Numbered from the stretch's first letter, positions 31,281 to 41,446 are shown. The stretch: DNA of 64,000 nucleotides from Candidatus Poribacteria bacterium (GCA_965218095.1 OZ244587.1:4832001-4896000); one strand, 5' to 3'. The notes: a model not told the origin generated them from the sequence alone. Numbers and translations are program-made.

Positions 31281-32462
31281 CTACGCATCGCTTGTTTTCT
31301 CCTTTTTAAGAGCGTCAATCCGTGGTTTGAATACCCTGTAAAAGAGTTCAAGTTTGTCACAGAGCCATTGGTGCTGCCGGTCCCGGTTTTCACGGGGATC
31401 TGTGTTAGGTAGAATGAACTGTATATCGCTCTCCTTCTTATCGGGCTTTTCATTCCATTCTAATTTAGCTTCAGCACTTATCTCTTTTTCAATCACTCTC
31501 CTGTCCCGCTTAAAGAGGTGGAAGTGAGGTTTTGCGTTTTCACCCCAAATTTTGAGACTGACATGGATAAATTGTTTTTGCACGCTAGCAACAGTGCAGA
31601 GGAAGAAGTTGCTACTGCGAAAGGGATAAAAGTAAAGCCAATGTCCTTTGTTAGGTGCTACGGGTTTGATTACGCCGTTGCGTTGTTTGAGGTGAGCGCA
31701 TAGTTCCGTCCAGTATTCAAAATACAAATCCTTTGTGGTAGGAGGCTTTCGTGCTAGTACGTCGTCATCCGGAGGCAGTGAATCACAAATGTCCTCACTC
31801 TTAAACGTCTTCAATGCTCGCTGGACAATCTCCGCGATCTGCGCCCTCTGCTCTGGTGTATTTATGGGGATGTCAATGACAGATGCCACATAGTTTACGA
31901 AATCTTCGTTAGGTGATTCCAACTGCCCCATCAAAAACTGTTGAATCATTTTTGAATACTTCAAGTTGTGTGCGGCGGCAAGTGCTTTATCTACATCGAA
32001 GCGTGACTTGGTGAACCGCTCAAGTTCAGCAACAAGAACTGGCTTAATCTCAAACAGATCTATCTCCAGAAAGGGATCGCTATCCATTAGGTTTGATTCA
32101 TCCAGATCAGTGTAAAAGCGGTATAAACGACCATTGGTCAGAACACCGAAACGGGCACCACTAACCGCACTGAAGTATCCTTTAAGTTGTTCAAAGTCAT
32201 CGTCCAAATTGTCCTCCAACCGCTTACACTCAACGATCATGATTGGAACGCCATCTTTTTTGATTGCATAGTCAGCCGTCCTATTCCCTCCACTAATATC
32301 GGCGGGATATTGTTTTTGCATGTCTGCCGGGGTTCGTTTGAATCCCAACAACCCAATGAAAGGCTCAAAACAGAAGGTCTCGGTGTCTGGTTCATTCAGA
32401 TCGTGGTTGCTGAATTCCTTGATTGTATCAGATAGATTTTTAAGTTCCTCAATAAGGTTCAT
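31281..32462 (-). CDS. HsdR N-terminal-like PD-(D/E)xK nuclease with C-terminal DUF4268-like domain
   Basis: NEPDT..FIGLLGF, ADYAI..IVECK, QLKGYF, LTNG..YRFYTDLD..NLMD..PF; C-terminal YFEYWTEL...LEW...WL; AAGGAGG RBS. Confidence 0.8.
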   Translation of the reverse strand: MNLIEELKNLSDTIKEFSNHDLNEPDTETFCFEPFIGLLGFKRTPADMQKQYPADISGGNRTADYAIKKDGVPIMIVECKRLEDNLDDDFEQLKGYFSAVSGARFGVLTNGRLYRFYTDLDESNLMDSDPFLEIDLFEIKPVLVAELERFTKSRFDVDKALAAAHNLKYSKMIQQFLMGQLESPNEDFVNYVASVIDIPINTPEQRAQIAEIVQRALKTFKSEDICDSLPPDDDVLARKPPTTKDLYFEYWTELCAHLKQRNGVIKPVAPNKGHWLYFYPFRSSNFFLCTVASVQKQFIHVSLKIWGENAKPHFHLFKRDRRVIEKEISAEAKLEWNEKPDKKESDIQFILPNTDPRENRDRQHQWLCDKLELFYRVFKPRIDALKKEKTSDA

Positions 32463-32513
32463 AAATACCTCCTTAGGCATAGATGAATGTATTTAACGCC
32501 AATGGTAGTCACG

Positions 32514-32966
32514 TCAACGTCTCTCAGCTGCAGCAGCTCTGTTTCTTCGCATTACCTCTGCGAGGAGTCGTCTGGCTGCGTCAATATCTGTAATCCGCTG
32601 TAACGCTTTTATGGATGTCCAACCCACAATCTCTATCAATTGTTCTCTATCTATCGGCGGGTGAGCTTCTGTCCAGTCAACACGGATACGATATTCTGTA
32701 TATAGAATGTCCATGTCCTGATATATCCATCGATCTTCGCCTTCGTAAGCGCAGCCATCCCAAGACTCACAAACTCGCCCCGCAGCCACAACTCCGCATT
32801 CGTTGACATACATGAAAAGAATATCACCCGAATCAAGTTTCCCTAGTGCTTGCCTGCCATATTTTTCATAGTCACCTGAAGTAAAAGCGTAACCACGCTC
32901 AATCCATTGATCATGCGGACTGTATCTCAGGGCTTTCTTCTCCGTATTGATGTAATAATAGTTCAT
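32514..32966 (-). CDS. Hypothetical protein, EVE/PUA-like domain of the kind found N-terminal to nucleases
   Basis: YYYINT...LGKLDSGDILFMYVNECGVVAAGRV...YRIRVDW; AAGGAG RBS. Confidence 0.5.
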   Translation of the reverse strand: MNYYYINTEKKALRYSPHDQWIERGYAFTSGDYEKYGRQALGKLDSGDILFMYVNECGVVAAGRVCESWDGCAYEGEDRWIYQDMDILYTEYRIRVDWTEAHPPIDREQLIEIVGWTSIKALQRITDIDAARRLLAEVMRRNRAAAAERR

Positions 32967-33039
32967 ATTTACTCCTTATTCCGAGCTAAATCGTGGTGCC
33001 GATTCAAGGGCATTTATAGCGAGGTCCAAATCAGGATCA

Positions 33040-33862
33040 TTACCGACTTATCAGCCTGTCTGACGTGCAAATTGCATAAGTTTCCGGGTTGACCTCTTGT
33101 CCATAAAGGAAAAATTCATTCCGCCCGTGCGTCAGCTCTTTGGCAAACTGTTCCGCTTCTGTGAGCATCCCGCCCGACCCACACGCGGGGTCATAAATCA
33201 GATACGTTGTTCCCTCTGTGAGTTTATCTCTCACCGGCAGGAATAACAGATGGGTCATGATCTTGATAATTTCTCTTGGGGTAAAAGTGTTCACTGGCTT
33301 CCTCATTGTTCTCTTCATTGAACCTTCGGATCAACTCCTCAAAGACATAACCCATTCCCAAGTTGGTCAACGCCGGCAGTATTTCGCCTCTGCTATTTAC
33401 AGTTTCTTCGGGGCTGAGGTTAATGTCTCTGGAAACGAATTTCTCAATCAGGGCGAAGGTGATACCACTCTCTTCCATCGTTTCAAGTTGGTTACTGAGT
33501 TTGAATTTGCCGATAATCTCTTGCACCTCCTCACTGAAACCGTTCAGATAATTCTCCAAGTTTGAACCGATGTGGTTTGGGTCATTCAACAAGGTTTTGA
33601 AGGTGAACTTCGAGGTATTGTAAAACTTATACTTAGAATAACCCTTTAGAGCGGATTTGTCATCGATCCGGTTCTCAATCAAAAATTGGTTGACTTGAAG
33701 CACTTTTTCTTTTGTAGGCTCTAAGAGAGCGTCCAATCTCCTCAGAACGGTGAATGGGAGAATAACGTCTCGGTATTTTCCACGTGTGTAAATGTCTCTC
33801 AACACATCGTCTGCAATTCCCCAAATGAAGTTGACGATTTGATTATGTACTCTGTGGTCCAT
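33040..33862 (-). pseudogene. hsdM: Type I R-M methyltransferase HsdM, frameshifted and truncated
   Basis: NFIWGIADDVLR..YRDVILPFTVLRRLD, MGYVFEELIRRF; frameshift at EHF/TPRE; YDPACGSGGML; lost after GQEVNPETYAIC. Confidence 0.9.
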
Positions 33863-34072
33863 GGTTCTCCTTCGTCGGCTGTTTTTCGTGCGTTTGTGTT
33901 ATCCTTTAGCGCCTACAATATATCATCCAACACAGATCTCCGTCAAGCGTAGAAAGCAGGAAAAGGTAAGAGGAGACACCCACATGCACAAACCCTCTTG
34001 AGCGTAACGCGAAAATGAGGTATACTTTCGTCGTCAACCAAATCGAATTGATGTGACGGAGGAACCCCATTC

Positions 34073-34377
34073 ATGGCTTCAACAGATCGCAAGATTCGCG
34101 TTGCTATCTACGGGTGTGGGTCCTGGACGAACCAAACCCACATTCCCAACCTGCTGAAACTTGACGGCGTGGAAATTGTCGCCATCTGCGATAGCAACCC
34201 GCAAGCGATTAAATCAACCGCTGAAGCCCACAAACACTTAGAGGGAGAGGAAATCGTTCACGTCTGATTCTAGAGCATCAGCGAATTGCCCGAGCCCCCG
34301 TCCTCACAGGCTGGCAATCCGCCCGTCGAAATGGGGAGTGTATTGATGTTCAGACGTTTATAGATGACGAATTGTAG
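34073..34377 (+). pseudogene. Internally deleted Gfo/Idh/MocA oxidoreductase
   Basis: N-terminal IRVAIYGCG..HIPNL..IVAICD followed by a C-terminal-like piece (VLTGWQSARRNGECIDV*) with the middle missing. Confidence 0.65.
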
Positions 34378-34385
34378 ATGTCCTC

Positions 34386-34418
34386 AATCTTGCGAAGGTT
34401 TCAAACCTTCGCAAGATT
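34386..34418. repeat. Perfect REP-like palindrome
   Basis: aatcttgcgaaggttt-c-aaaccttcgcaagatt; related copy at 44251-44275. Confidence 0.75.
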
Positions 34419-34438
34419 AATAACGTAAGGAGCTTGCT

Positions 34439-36229
34439 ATGTTCAGAAAATTGACCGATCACCTCTTCTTTCTCGAAGACACATGCAGCGTTTATAGAAT
34501 TACGATAGATGACAAAACTCTCCTGATTGACTGCGGGACGTCCCCGACAAAACTTGAGGCAGACGGCATTCGACAGGTTGATCAGATTCTGTTGACCCAT
34601 TTCCATCGGGACAGTTGTTCTGCCGCCTCCCACTGGAGAGCGCGCAGCGCCCAGATTGTCATCCCGTTTGTGGAAAAGCGTTTCTTTGAGGAGACCGATC
34701 TCCTCAAGGCGTCCTACGACATCTACGACAACTACACTTCTTACTATCCCTGCTTCGGGGCGCTGGCGGATATCGCCCCTGATCAGTACGCTTATGACTA
34801 CGAGAGCTTGTCATGGGAGGGGGTTCGTCTTGATGTGATTCCGCTGCCCGGTCACACCTTCGGATCGGTGGGGTATCTATTTGAGTTAGACGGGCAGCGG
34901 ATACTGGCGTGCGGTGATCTTATGTCCGGTCCGGGGAAGATTCGAGAGTATTTCTGGAGCCAGTGGAACTATATGGACTTCCAGGGGCATGTCAACCATC
35001 TGGAAAGCCTGAAGACCGTCGCCGCCCTCAATGTGGACCTGATTCTGCCGGGGCATGGTGAACCGTTTGCGCCGACAGAAAGAGCGTTCGCCGAACTGCA
35101 AACGGCGCTGGAGGAGTTGTATGAACTGTTCTACGCCAGCCCTTACGAATACTATCGCCCTGAGTTCCGCCAACTTACACCGCACGTCTACGAAGTCACG
35201 AACTCCAGCGCCAATACGTATATCATTCGAGACGATAATGGACACGCGCTTTTTATCGACTGCGGCTACACATCCAACGCTCCCATCAGCGCCAATCCCC
35301 ACCGTTTTATCGACAACGTGACCCCCTATCTCGAAGCCGAGGTGGGCGTTCATACCGTCGAGTGGTTTCTGCCTTCTCACTATCACGACGACCACCTGGC
35401 CGGCTACCCTGCGTTGCAGAACTGTTACGGCACGCGGGTCGTATCGTCCCCGGAACTCAAGGATATCCTGGAGCACCCTGAGCGCTATGACATGCCTTGC
35501 GCGGTCCCCCAAGGCATGAAGGTAGACCATGTGGTTGAGCAGGGAGAAGCCTTCGAGTGGCGGGGGGTCGAATTCTTCGTCGAGCAGCATCCGGGACAGA
35601 CCCTCTACCACCATCTGATCTGGTTTGTCGTCGATGGACAAAAATTCCTCTGCATCGGGGACAATATCTCCGGGCTCCCTTTCCGGGAAAAGAGAGACTA
35701 CATCCATTCCTTCATTCCCAAGAATCGAACCCCGGTGTCCAGCTACAGGGATATGCCACGACAGATCCTCGACTATGGGCCAGATCTGATTCTGACCGGG
35801 CATGGGGGGGGCGTGCCGTTTGACCGGGCGAAAGTGGAACGTTGGCAGGACTGGATGGACAGGTGGGAGCATCTCTTCACGCAGATCATCGATCAACCCC
35901 ACTCGAATATGGGGATGGACCCGCATTGGGTGGAGTTCTATCCTTACAAGGTACGCATCCGCCCTGGAGCGACCGTGACATTCAAAGTCACCATCACCAA
36001 TCATGAAGCGGAAGCGCGGAAGTGCAACCTTCGCTTTCGGTCAGTTGAAGGCGTGCATCTCTCTCCGAAGGCGATAGATCTCCAGGCTCCTGGAGGCGCC
36101 AACATAACCTGTCAGGTCAAGACGACCTTCCCCGATACGTTTACCACCCACGCACTCCCCGTCTTGGCTGATGTCACTTGGAATGGGGTACATCTCGGTG
36201 AGATTGCCGAGGCTATCGCTTACTGGTAG
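34439..36229 (+). CDS. Tandem two-domain MBL-fold metallo-hydrolase with C-terminal beta domain
   Basis: Domain 1 THFHRDS/PGHT/GD/PGHG; domain 2 SHYHDDH/PGQT/GD/TGHG. Confidence 0.85.
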   Translation: MFRKLTDHLFFLEDTCSVYRITIDDKTLLIDCGTSPTKLEADGIRQVDQILLTHFHRDSCSAASHWRARSAQIVIPFVEKRFFEETDLLKASYDIYDNYTSYYPCFGALADIAPDQYAYDYESLSWEGVRLDVIPLPGHTFGSVGYLFELDGQRILACGDLMSGPGKIREYFWSQWNYMDFQGHVNHLESLKTVAALNVDLILPGHGEPFAPTERAFAELQTALEELYELFYASPYEYYRPEFRQLTPHVYEVTNSSANTYIIRDDNGHALFIDCGYTSNAPISANPHRFIDNVTPYLEAEVGVHTVEWFLPSHYHDDHLAGYPALQNCYGTRVVSSPELKDILEHPERYDMPCAVPQGMKVDHVVEQGEAFEWRGVEFFVEQHPGQTLYHHLIWFVVDGQKFLCIGDNISGLPFREKRDYIHSFIPKNRTPVSSYRDMPRQILDYGPDLILTGHGGGVPFDRAKVERWQDWMDRWEHLFTQIIDQPHSNMGMDPHWVEFYPYKVRIRPGATVTFKVTITNHEAEARKCNLRFRSVEGVHLSPKAIDLQAPGGANITCQVKTTFPDTFTTHALPVLADVTWNGVHLGEIAEAIAYW

Positions 36230-36429
36230 ACGCCGCAGACATCCATTGTCGATGTGAGTGGTTGGTGCGTGCTGAGAAACGCTTGGCATTGCCAGCCGGC
36301 GTTGAACTTAATGTTGCCGCGTAATGTTGTTGATAGGATTTTTGTTTCGTGATACAATATGTCAATGTCTCCCAAATAATCAAGATCTAAATTTCCAACG
36401 GAACCGATCTGAACATAGGAGCACACGAT

Positions 36430-37254
36430 ATGACGCCAGAAGAAAGATACCTGTTTGACCTGCAAGGGTACATCGTCCTGCGAGAAGCGCTATCTCCCGA
36501 CACATGTCGTCGGCTCAACGAAACCACCGATTACCTTGAAACTCTCAACGATGACCAGGCAGCGGCCTTGGGCGCTGAAAGAAAATATCGTGCCTCTGAC
36601 AACGTCTACGCAAAGACGGGCGCCCCTCCGAAGGGCGGACTGGGCGATTACGACTGCGAGGTGCTCCGTTACGGCGGTCCCTTCGAGGAGCTCATTGACT
36701 GGTCCCGGACGCTTCCCTATATTGAGGAGATGATTGGCGAACCTTGTCGGCTTGACGCAGCCAGCTTCATGTCGCGTAACAGCAACGGGGCGTTCCGATT
36801 CCACCACGGCTATGCGGAGTTGCTTCCCTACAGCGAGTACGCGTTCCAAGATAGCGAGTTCAAGTGTGTGAGCGTGAAGATTGGCTACGCTCTGACAGAC
36901 GTTGATGTCGAGGACGGTTGCTTTGCAGTTATCCCGGGGAGCCACAAGAGCAATTTCACCAACACGCTGGTGGGGCAGGTCCCTGACCCCGCCCATCCAC
37001 TCGTGCAGCCGTTGCCATGCAGAGCCGGCGATGCTGTCATCTTCTCCGAAGACCTGTCTCACGGCGCAGTGGAGAACCACGGCTCAAAGGTGCGGCGGAC
37101 ACTGTTTTATTCCTACGCGCCGGCGTTTCATTGCGCCTGGCATGGTTTGGCGATGACGGCCGATGGTTTTGAGCAGCGTGCAAGCCAGCGTCGACTGGAG
37201 CTCATCCAGGGGCCATCTCCGTTCACTGATGTCGCCAGAGCCGACGCGCGCTAA
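36430..37254 (+). CDS. PhyH-family Fe(II)/2-oxoglutarate oxygenase
   Basis: FDLQGYIVL, ALTDV..DGCFAVIPGSHK, AGDAVIF..LSHG..N..RR. Confidence 0.85.
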   Translation: MTPEERYLFDLQGYIVLREALSPDTCRRLNETTDYLETLNDDQAAALGAERKYRASDNVYAKTGAPPKGGLGDYDCEVLRYGGPFEELIDWSRTLPYIEEMIGEPCRLDAASFMSRNSNGAFRFHHGYAELLPYSEYAFQDSEFKCVSVKIGYALTDVDVEDGCFAVIPGSHKSNFTNTLVGQVPDPAHPLVQPLPCRAGDAVIFSEDLSHGAVENHGSKVRRTLFYSYAPAFHCAWHGLAMTADGFEQRASQRRLELIQGPSPFTDVARADAR

Positions 37255-37290
37255 TACGGCGCCACATCAAGAAAATTGGAGGTTCGGCAG

Positions 37291-38136
37291 GTGAATCCCA
37301 TCAAGCAATCCACGGAAGAAGATATCTTTGACCTGCAGATTGGCCTTGGCGAGTCCGAGATTCCTGTTGAAGATAAGCATTTTTTCGATATCGCTGGCTA
37401 TCTGGTGTTGGATGACCTGCTGACGCCAGACCAGGTTTCGCAGGCGCAGGACACGCTGGAAAGGATTGCAGCGGCGATACCGGAAGGTATGACGGTTTTA
37501 CCGGACGGGCCCTATGAACGCGAAATGGTCAACATCATTGAAGCCGGGGACGTTGTTGAGGACACCATGGCGCTGGCGCAAGTCCTTGATTACGTGCAGG
37601 AGTTCATCTGGGGACGTCAGTACCGTCTGGTCGGTTCGAGGGCGATACTCAGAGACCTAGGCGCCCACAGCCAACTCACCCAGGGCGGCAGCGCCGACCC
37701 AAGACGTTACGCCCGTTACCGCTGCTTTGGAGATGGTCAATTCCGCTGCTTGATGATAACCTGCTTAATCACGTTATATGACACCGCCGATGGCGACGGG
37801 GCGTTCTGTGCAATCCCTGCCAGCCACAAAGCCAACCTCCCGCATCCCTACGAAGGCACAGACCTAGACGCGATTCCGCCCCTGCGCGAGATTCCACTGC
37901 GAGCCGGATCGGGCGTTCTGTTCACCGAGAACCTGTCGCACGCGTTCAAACCGCCGACCCGCCAAACGCACGCCTGGCTGTCGTACCAGTATGGACCTTC
38001 CTACATGGTCAACTGGCCCGGCTGCGACCCTTCCGCCGACCTACACCGTAGCACCGCTGATGATCCAGCCAAATCGCACCTGCTGCTGGAACCCTATTAT
38101 CACCCCGCCAGCTCGCAGAAGCAGAAACAAGGGTAG
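37291..38136 (+). CDS. PhyH-family protein with degenerate active site
   Basis: GGAGG + GTG start; FFDIAGYLVL, DGAFCAIPASHKAN, AGSGVLFTENLSH. Confidence 0.8.
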   Translation: MNPIKQSTEEDIFDLQIGLGESEIPVEDKHFFDIAGYLVLDDLLTPDQVSQAQDTLERIAAAIPEGMTVLPDGPYEREMVNIIEAGDVVEDTMALAQVLDYVQEFIWGRQYRLVGSRAILRDLGAHSQLTQGGSADPRRYARYRCFGDGQFRCLMITCLITLYDTADGDGAFCAIPASHKANLPHPYEGTDLDAIPPLREIPLRAGSGVLFTENLSHAFKPPTRQTHAWLSYQYGPSYMVNWPGCDPSADLHRSTADDPAKSHLLLEPYYHPASSQKQKQG

Positions 38137-38184
38137 TGCTTCGTGGCCTGAGTGGTTTATTCTGAAATCCCACGACCACGCACC

Positions 38185-39198
38185 TCATGTGTCCACCGCG
38201 TTAAGGAGGCCCTTCATATACCCAACGGCGTAGACTAGCCCCTGGCCGCCTATCTCGTTTTCGTAAAGCGTGTGTGGGCAATGACCCGGAAGCAGAACAC
38301 TGTTGAACCCGACTTCTTTGAAGGTTCGGAGTACGGCGAGAAAGTCGCAATCGGCTTCATCCAGGAAACATTCTCGGAAACTCGGCACGGTCCCCTGCAC
38401 CCCCTGGGCATGTCCATAGACAATCTGCCCGCGCCCTCCAAAATGACGAATCGCGGCGAGGATGTCCGTCCCCATCGCCGTCCAATTCCCCAGACAAAAG
38501 TTAAGTCCACTCGCTGAACTGTTGTCAGCGACCTCCATCGCCCGCTGGAAACCATCGAAATCATGGAACAGCCGTGGGATGCCACCGAGTTTCTCCACCG
38601 GCGGATCATCGGGATGAAGCGCCAACCTGACCCCTGCCTTCTCCACCTCTGGAATAATTGCCTCAATAAAGTACGCATAATTCGCCCACATCTCGTCTTC
38701 GGTGTACTCCCGGTCACGAAAAAGCGGCGAGTGCTTTGCGATTTCCATTTCAAAGCTGCTGACCTGCGAGCCACCTCGTCCGGGCGTCGTCAGCGAGGTG
38801 CGCCAGGAGTTCCGCGTCGCGCCTCGCTGGTTCACCATCCAGTGGTAGCCGAAGGCCGGAACACCCGCCCTGCCCATGTTCCGAATGGTGATGATTAGGT
38901 TTTCCAGTTGCTGGTCTCGTCCCGGTAGACCGAGCATGACCCGGTCGTAACACCATGCCGGAACCGGGTTCTCAATAGCAGCAACTCGCATCCCAGCATC
39001 CTCGCAACGCTTCCGGACGTGCACGAGGTCCAGGAAATCCCAATGCGCACCGGCTTTATCGGCGTTCTCGGCTGAGAATCGTCGTGCGAAGTCAGGGTGG
39101 GAAATGGAACTGAGCACTACGTCATTAACCCCGTACTGTTTGAGAAGTCGCAGGTAATCGTCTTGTGCATCCAGTCCAGCATAAGCGCAAATTCTCAT
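38185..39198 (-). CDS. uxuA: Mannonate dehydratase family protein
   Basis: IRNMGRAG, YHWM, LALHPDDPP, GLNFCLG. Confidence 0.8.
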   Translation of the reverse strand: MRICAYAGLDAQDDYLRLLKQYGVNDVVLSSISHPDFARRFSAENADKAGAHWDFLDLVHVRKRCEDAGMRVAAIENPVPAWCYDRVMLGLPGRDQQLENLIITIRNMGRAGVPAFGYHWMVNQRGATRNSWRTSLTTPGRGGSQVSSFEMEIAKHSPLFRDREYTEDEMWANYAYFIEAIIPEVEKAGVRLALHPDDPPVEKLGGIPRLFHDFDGFQRAMEVADNSSASGLNFCLGNWTAMGTDILAAIRHFGGRGQIVYGHAQGVQGTVPSFRECFLDEADCDFLAVLRTFKEVGFNSVLLPGHCPHTLYENEIGGQGLVYAVGYMKGLLNAVDT

Positions 39199-39231
39199 TG
39201 TCTCCCCCTGTGTTCATCAAATCAAGATATT

Positions 39232-39409
39232 ATACCGTTTCTGATTGATAATCAAGCATAACCTCTGGAAGGAATGGAAGGAAAGGAAGAAGTTCTCGGA
39301 CTCTTGGTCTCTGACCGGAGGAAGAAAACCATCCTTCCTTTCCCCGATAGATCGGGATGCAAGCACCTTCCTTCCGCTCTAATGCTGCATTTTTATTCAG
39401 AGACGGTAT
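39232..39409. mobile_element. MITE-like element, ATACC...GGTAT TIR family, copy B
   Basis: ataccgtttctgatt ... attcagagacggtat; interior with GGAAGG / CCTTCC tracts. Confidence 0.55.
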
Positions 39410-39562
39410 TATAACCTATTGCTGGCTTATTTTTGAATCTAAGTTTGTAAGAGCGTGCAGAATTTCGTATAAAATTTCGGCGTTTTGATATTGACCTCAT
39501 TTTGACTTTCTGTTAAAATGACGCTATATCGAATGGAAATCGCAGGGATTAAGGAAGGTAAG

Positions 39563-40747
39563 ATGAAAATCACAGGCATCAGAACCTACAAGTTCAATGT
39601 TCCAACGGGCCAAAAAATCCGCGATCCACATACGGGAGAACTGTTAAGCAGTGTCTCCAAACCGTGGCTGTTTCTGAAAATCGAGACCGATGCCAGCATT
39701 GACGGTTGGGGCGAAGGAAGCGGTGAATGGCTGACGCCTTCGGTTGAGGCGACGCTGCACGAATGGTCAATCCTCCTGATTGATCAGGACCCGTTGTCGG
39801 TCGTGGCATTGACTGAGGACATCACCAACCGTCTGCCGTGGAAGGGGGGACCGGTATTCGGCACGGCAATCGCGGCGATCAATGCTGCCTTGTACGACAT
39901 TGCGGGTAAAGCCTGGGGCGTGCCGGTACATACCATCCTCGGTGGCAAACGACGAGACCGCATCCGCGTCTACTGCGGCGGGAATCTGTTTTCTTCGCCG
40001 GAAGAAGCGATCAAGGCAATACAGCAGGTCAAAGCTGAAGGATTTGCTGGAATCAAGGGTAATCCACTGGAGACCCGTACCTGGCCAATGGATGGGGAAG
40101 CCATCGACCATTCGGTGGCGTGTGTGACGGCCGCTCGCAAAGCAGTGGGGGTGGATTTTGACATCCTGTTGGACGCTCACGGCAGCCCGACGCCGGAGTT
40201 GAGTGTCGAATTCGCTCGGCGCGTCGCTCCGTTCAAGCCGTTGTTTCTGGAAGAACCGGTCAAGGTGGGGTCGCTCGAAGCGCTGCTAGAGGTAACGCGC
40301 AAGAGTCCCGTACCTATTGCAACCGGTGAAAAGCTATTCACAATCGGTGGCTTTAAGCCGTTGATCGACAGCCGGGCGTGCGCCTTCTTGCAGCCGGATG
40401 TGACCCACTGTTTCGGGATTACTACACTGGTCGATATTGCTAAATTGGCAGCGCCGGCGCAGATGCTCATGGCACCACACAACGCCGGTGGCCCGCTCTG
40501 TTTCGCCGCCACACTCCACGCCGACGCCGTCATGAACAATTTCCTTATTCAGGAAACAAATAGCCGGCTGGCACAATTCGATCGCTGCGTCGAACATGAT
40601 TGGGTGATAGCGGATGGGCACGTCAATGTCTCCGACGCGCCGGGAATGGGGGTTGCAGTGAAGGAATCCGACCTGGCGAAGTTGCCGTATGAACCGTTAC
40701 CCTATCGACAGTATCGGCATGTGGATGGCAGTTGGAAGGGGTGGTGA
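39563..40747 (+). CDS. Mandelate racemase / galactonate dehydratase-like enolase-superfamily enzyme
   Basis: GWGE, ALYDIAGK..GVPV..LGG, DAHG, FLEEP, ATGE, QPD, APHN. Confidence 0.88.
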   Translation: MKITGIRTYKFNVPTGQKIRDPHTGELLSSVSKPWLFLKIETDASIDGWGEGSGEWLTPSVEATLHEWSILLIDQDPLSVVALTEDITNRLPWKGGPVFGTAIAAINAALYDIAGKAWGVPVHTILGGKRRDRIRVYCGGNLFSSPEEAIKAIQQVKAEGFAGIKGNPLETRTWPMDGEAIDHSVACVTAARKAVGVDFDILLDAHGSPTPELSVEFARRVAPFKPLFLEEPVKVGSLEALLEVTRKSPVPIATGEKLFTIGGFKPLIDSRACAFLQPDVTHCFGITTLVDIAKLAAPAQMLMAPHNAGGPLCFAATLHADAVMNNFLIQETNSRLAQFDRCVEHDWVIADGHVNVSDAPGMGVAVKESDLAKLPYEPLPYRQYRHVDGSWKGW

Positions 40748-40835
40748 ACGATGCGCCTCGAACTGAAGTTCAGGCTTATATGTTAATATATCTGTGCACG
40801 TCCAAAAATGATCCAATTCGAGATAAGAGTTCCCT

Positions 40836-41304
40836 TTATTTCTTTTTGAAAACTGAGACAATACTTGTATTGCTGGTTAATGTGAGGGTGTCCTCTTTTT
40901 TAATCCATGTTCCGGTTTGGTTCCATCCGGGTATAAAATAGGGATGGTGACGGTCAAAAAAGATATTGTTACTTTGTGGGGATTGGGTGTCCCTTTTCTC
41001 TGTGAGTATATAGTTGGGATCAAATAAGAAATAAGATCCACCAGATTTTAGGATCGTATCTTGGGAAGCACTCCGCGGCCTAAGTGATGAGTTCTGCCTC
41101 CCATGTTTCGTTATCATAAAACGTCCAGGTGCTGTTTCTTATGTGGATGCTTCTTACGTGGAAGAGATCTGGAATAGCAGAAAGGGGATACTTATGATAA
41201 CGTAGGAACCATGTACCAACCCAACCATTTTCATTATCATCACTACAGGCAGTAAGTCTTGTAATGAGAAGTAAACAAACTAATAACCGGGGTGCAGTTT
41301 TCAT
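40836..41304 (-). pseudogene. Lipoprotein (lipocalin-like), split by a frameshift near 41080
   Basis: Lipobox LTAC, WVGTW; continues in another frame (GSY...QTGTWIKKEDTLTLT). Confidence 0.55.
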
Positions 41305-41437
41305 GATGGGATGACTCTTCCTTTCTGCTCTCCTGTGTTCCCCCGGCGAAGGTGAGCGACAGGCATCACCGTGCGGTGAGTCACCTCCTGCCGCGGAAGA
41401 GCAGACACAGTATAGCAGAATCTGCAAAATCTGTCAA
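41305..41437 (-). promoter_or_regulatory. Consensus sigma70 promoter plus structured 5' leader
   Basis: TTGACA-17-TATACT (41437-41409), followed by nested inverted repeats 41325-41404. Confidence 0.6.
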
Positions 41438-41446
41438 CTGAATAAG

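Noticed and set aside
34886-36004. Long antisense ORF (372 aa) and similar shadow ORFs
   Set aside because: They mirror well-supported genes on the opposite strand and show no family motifs
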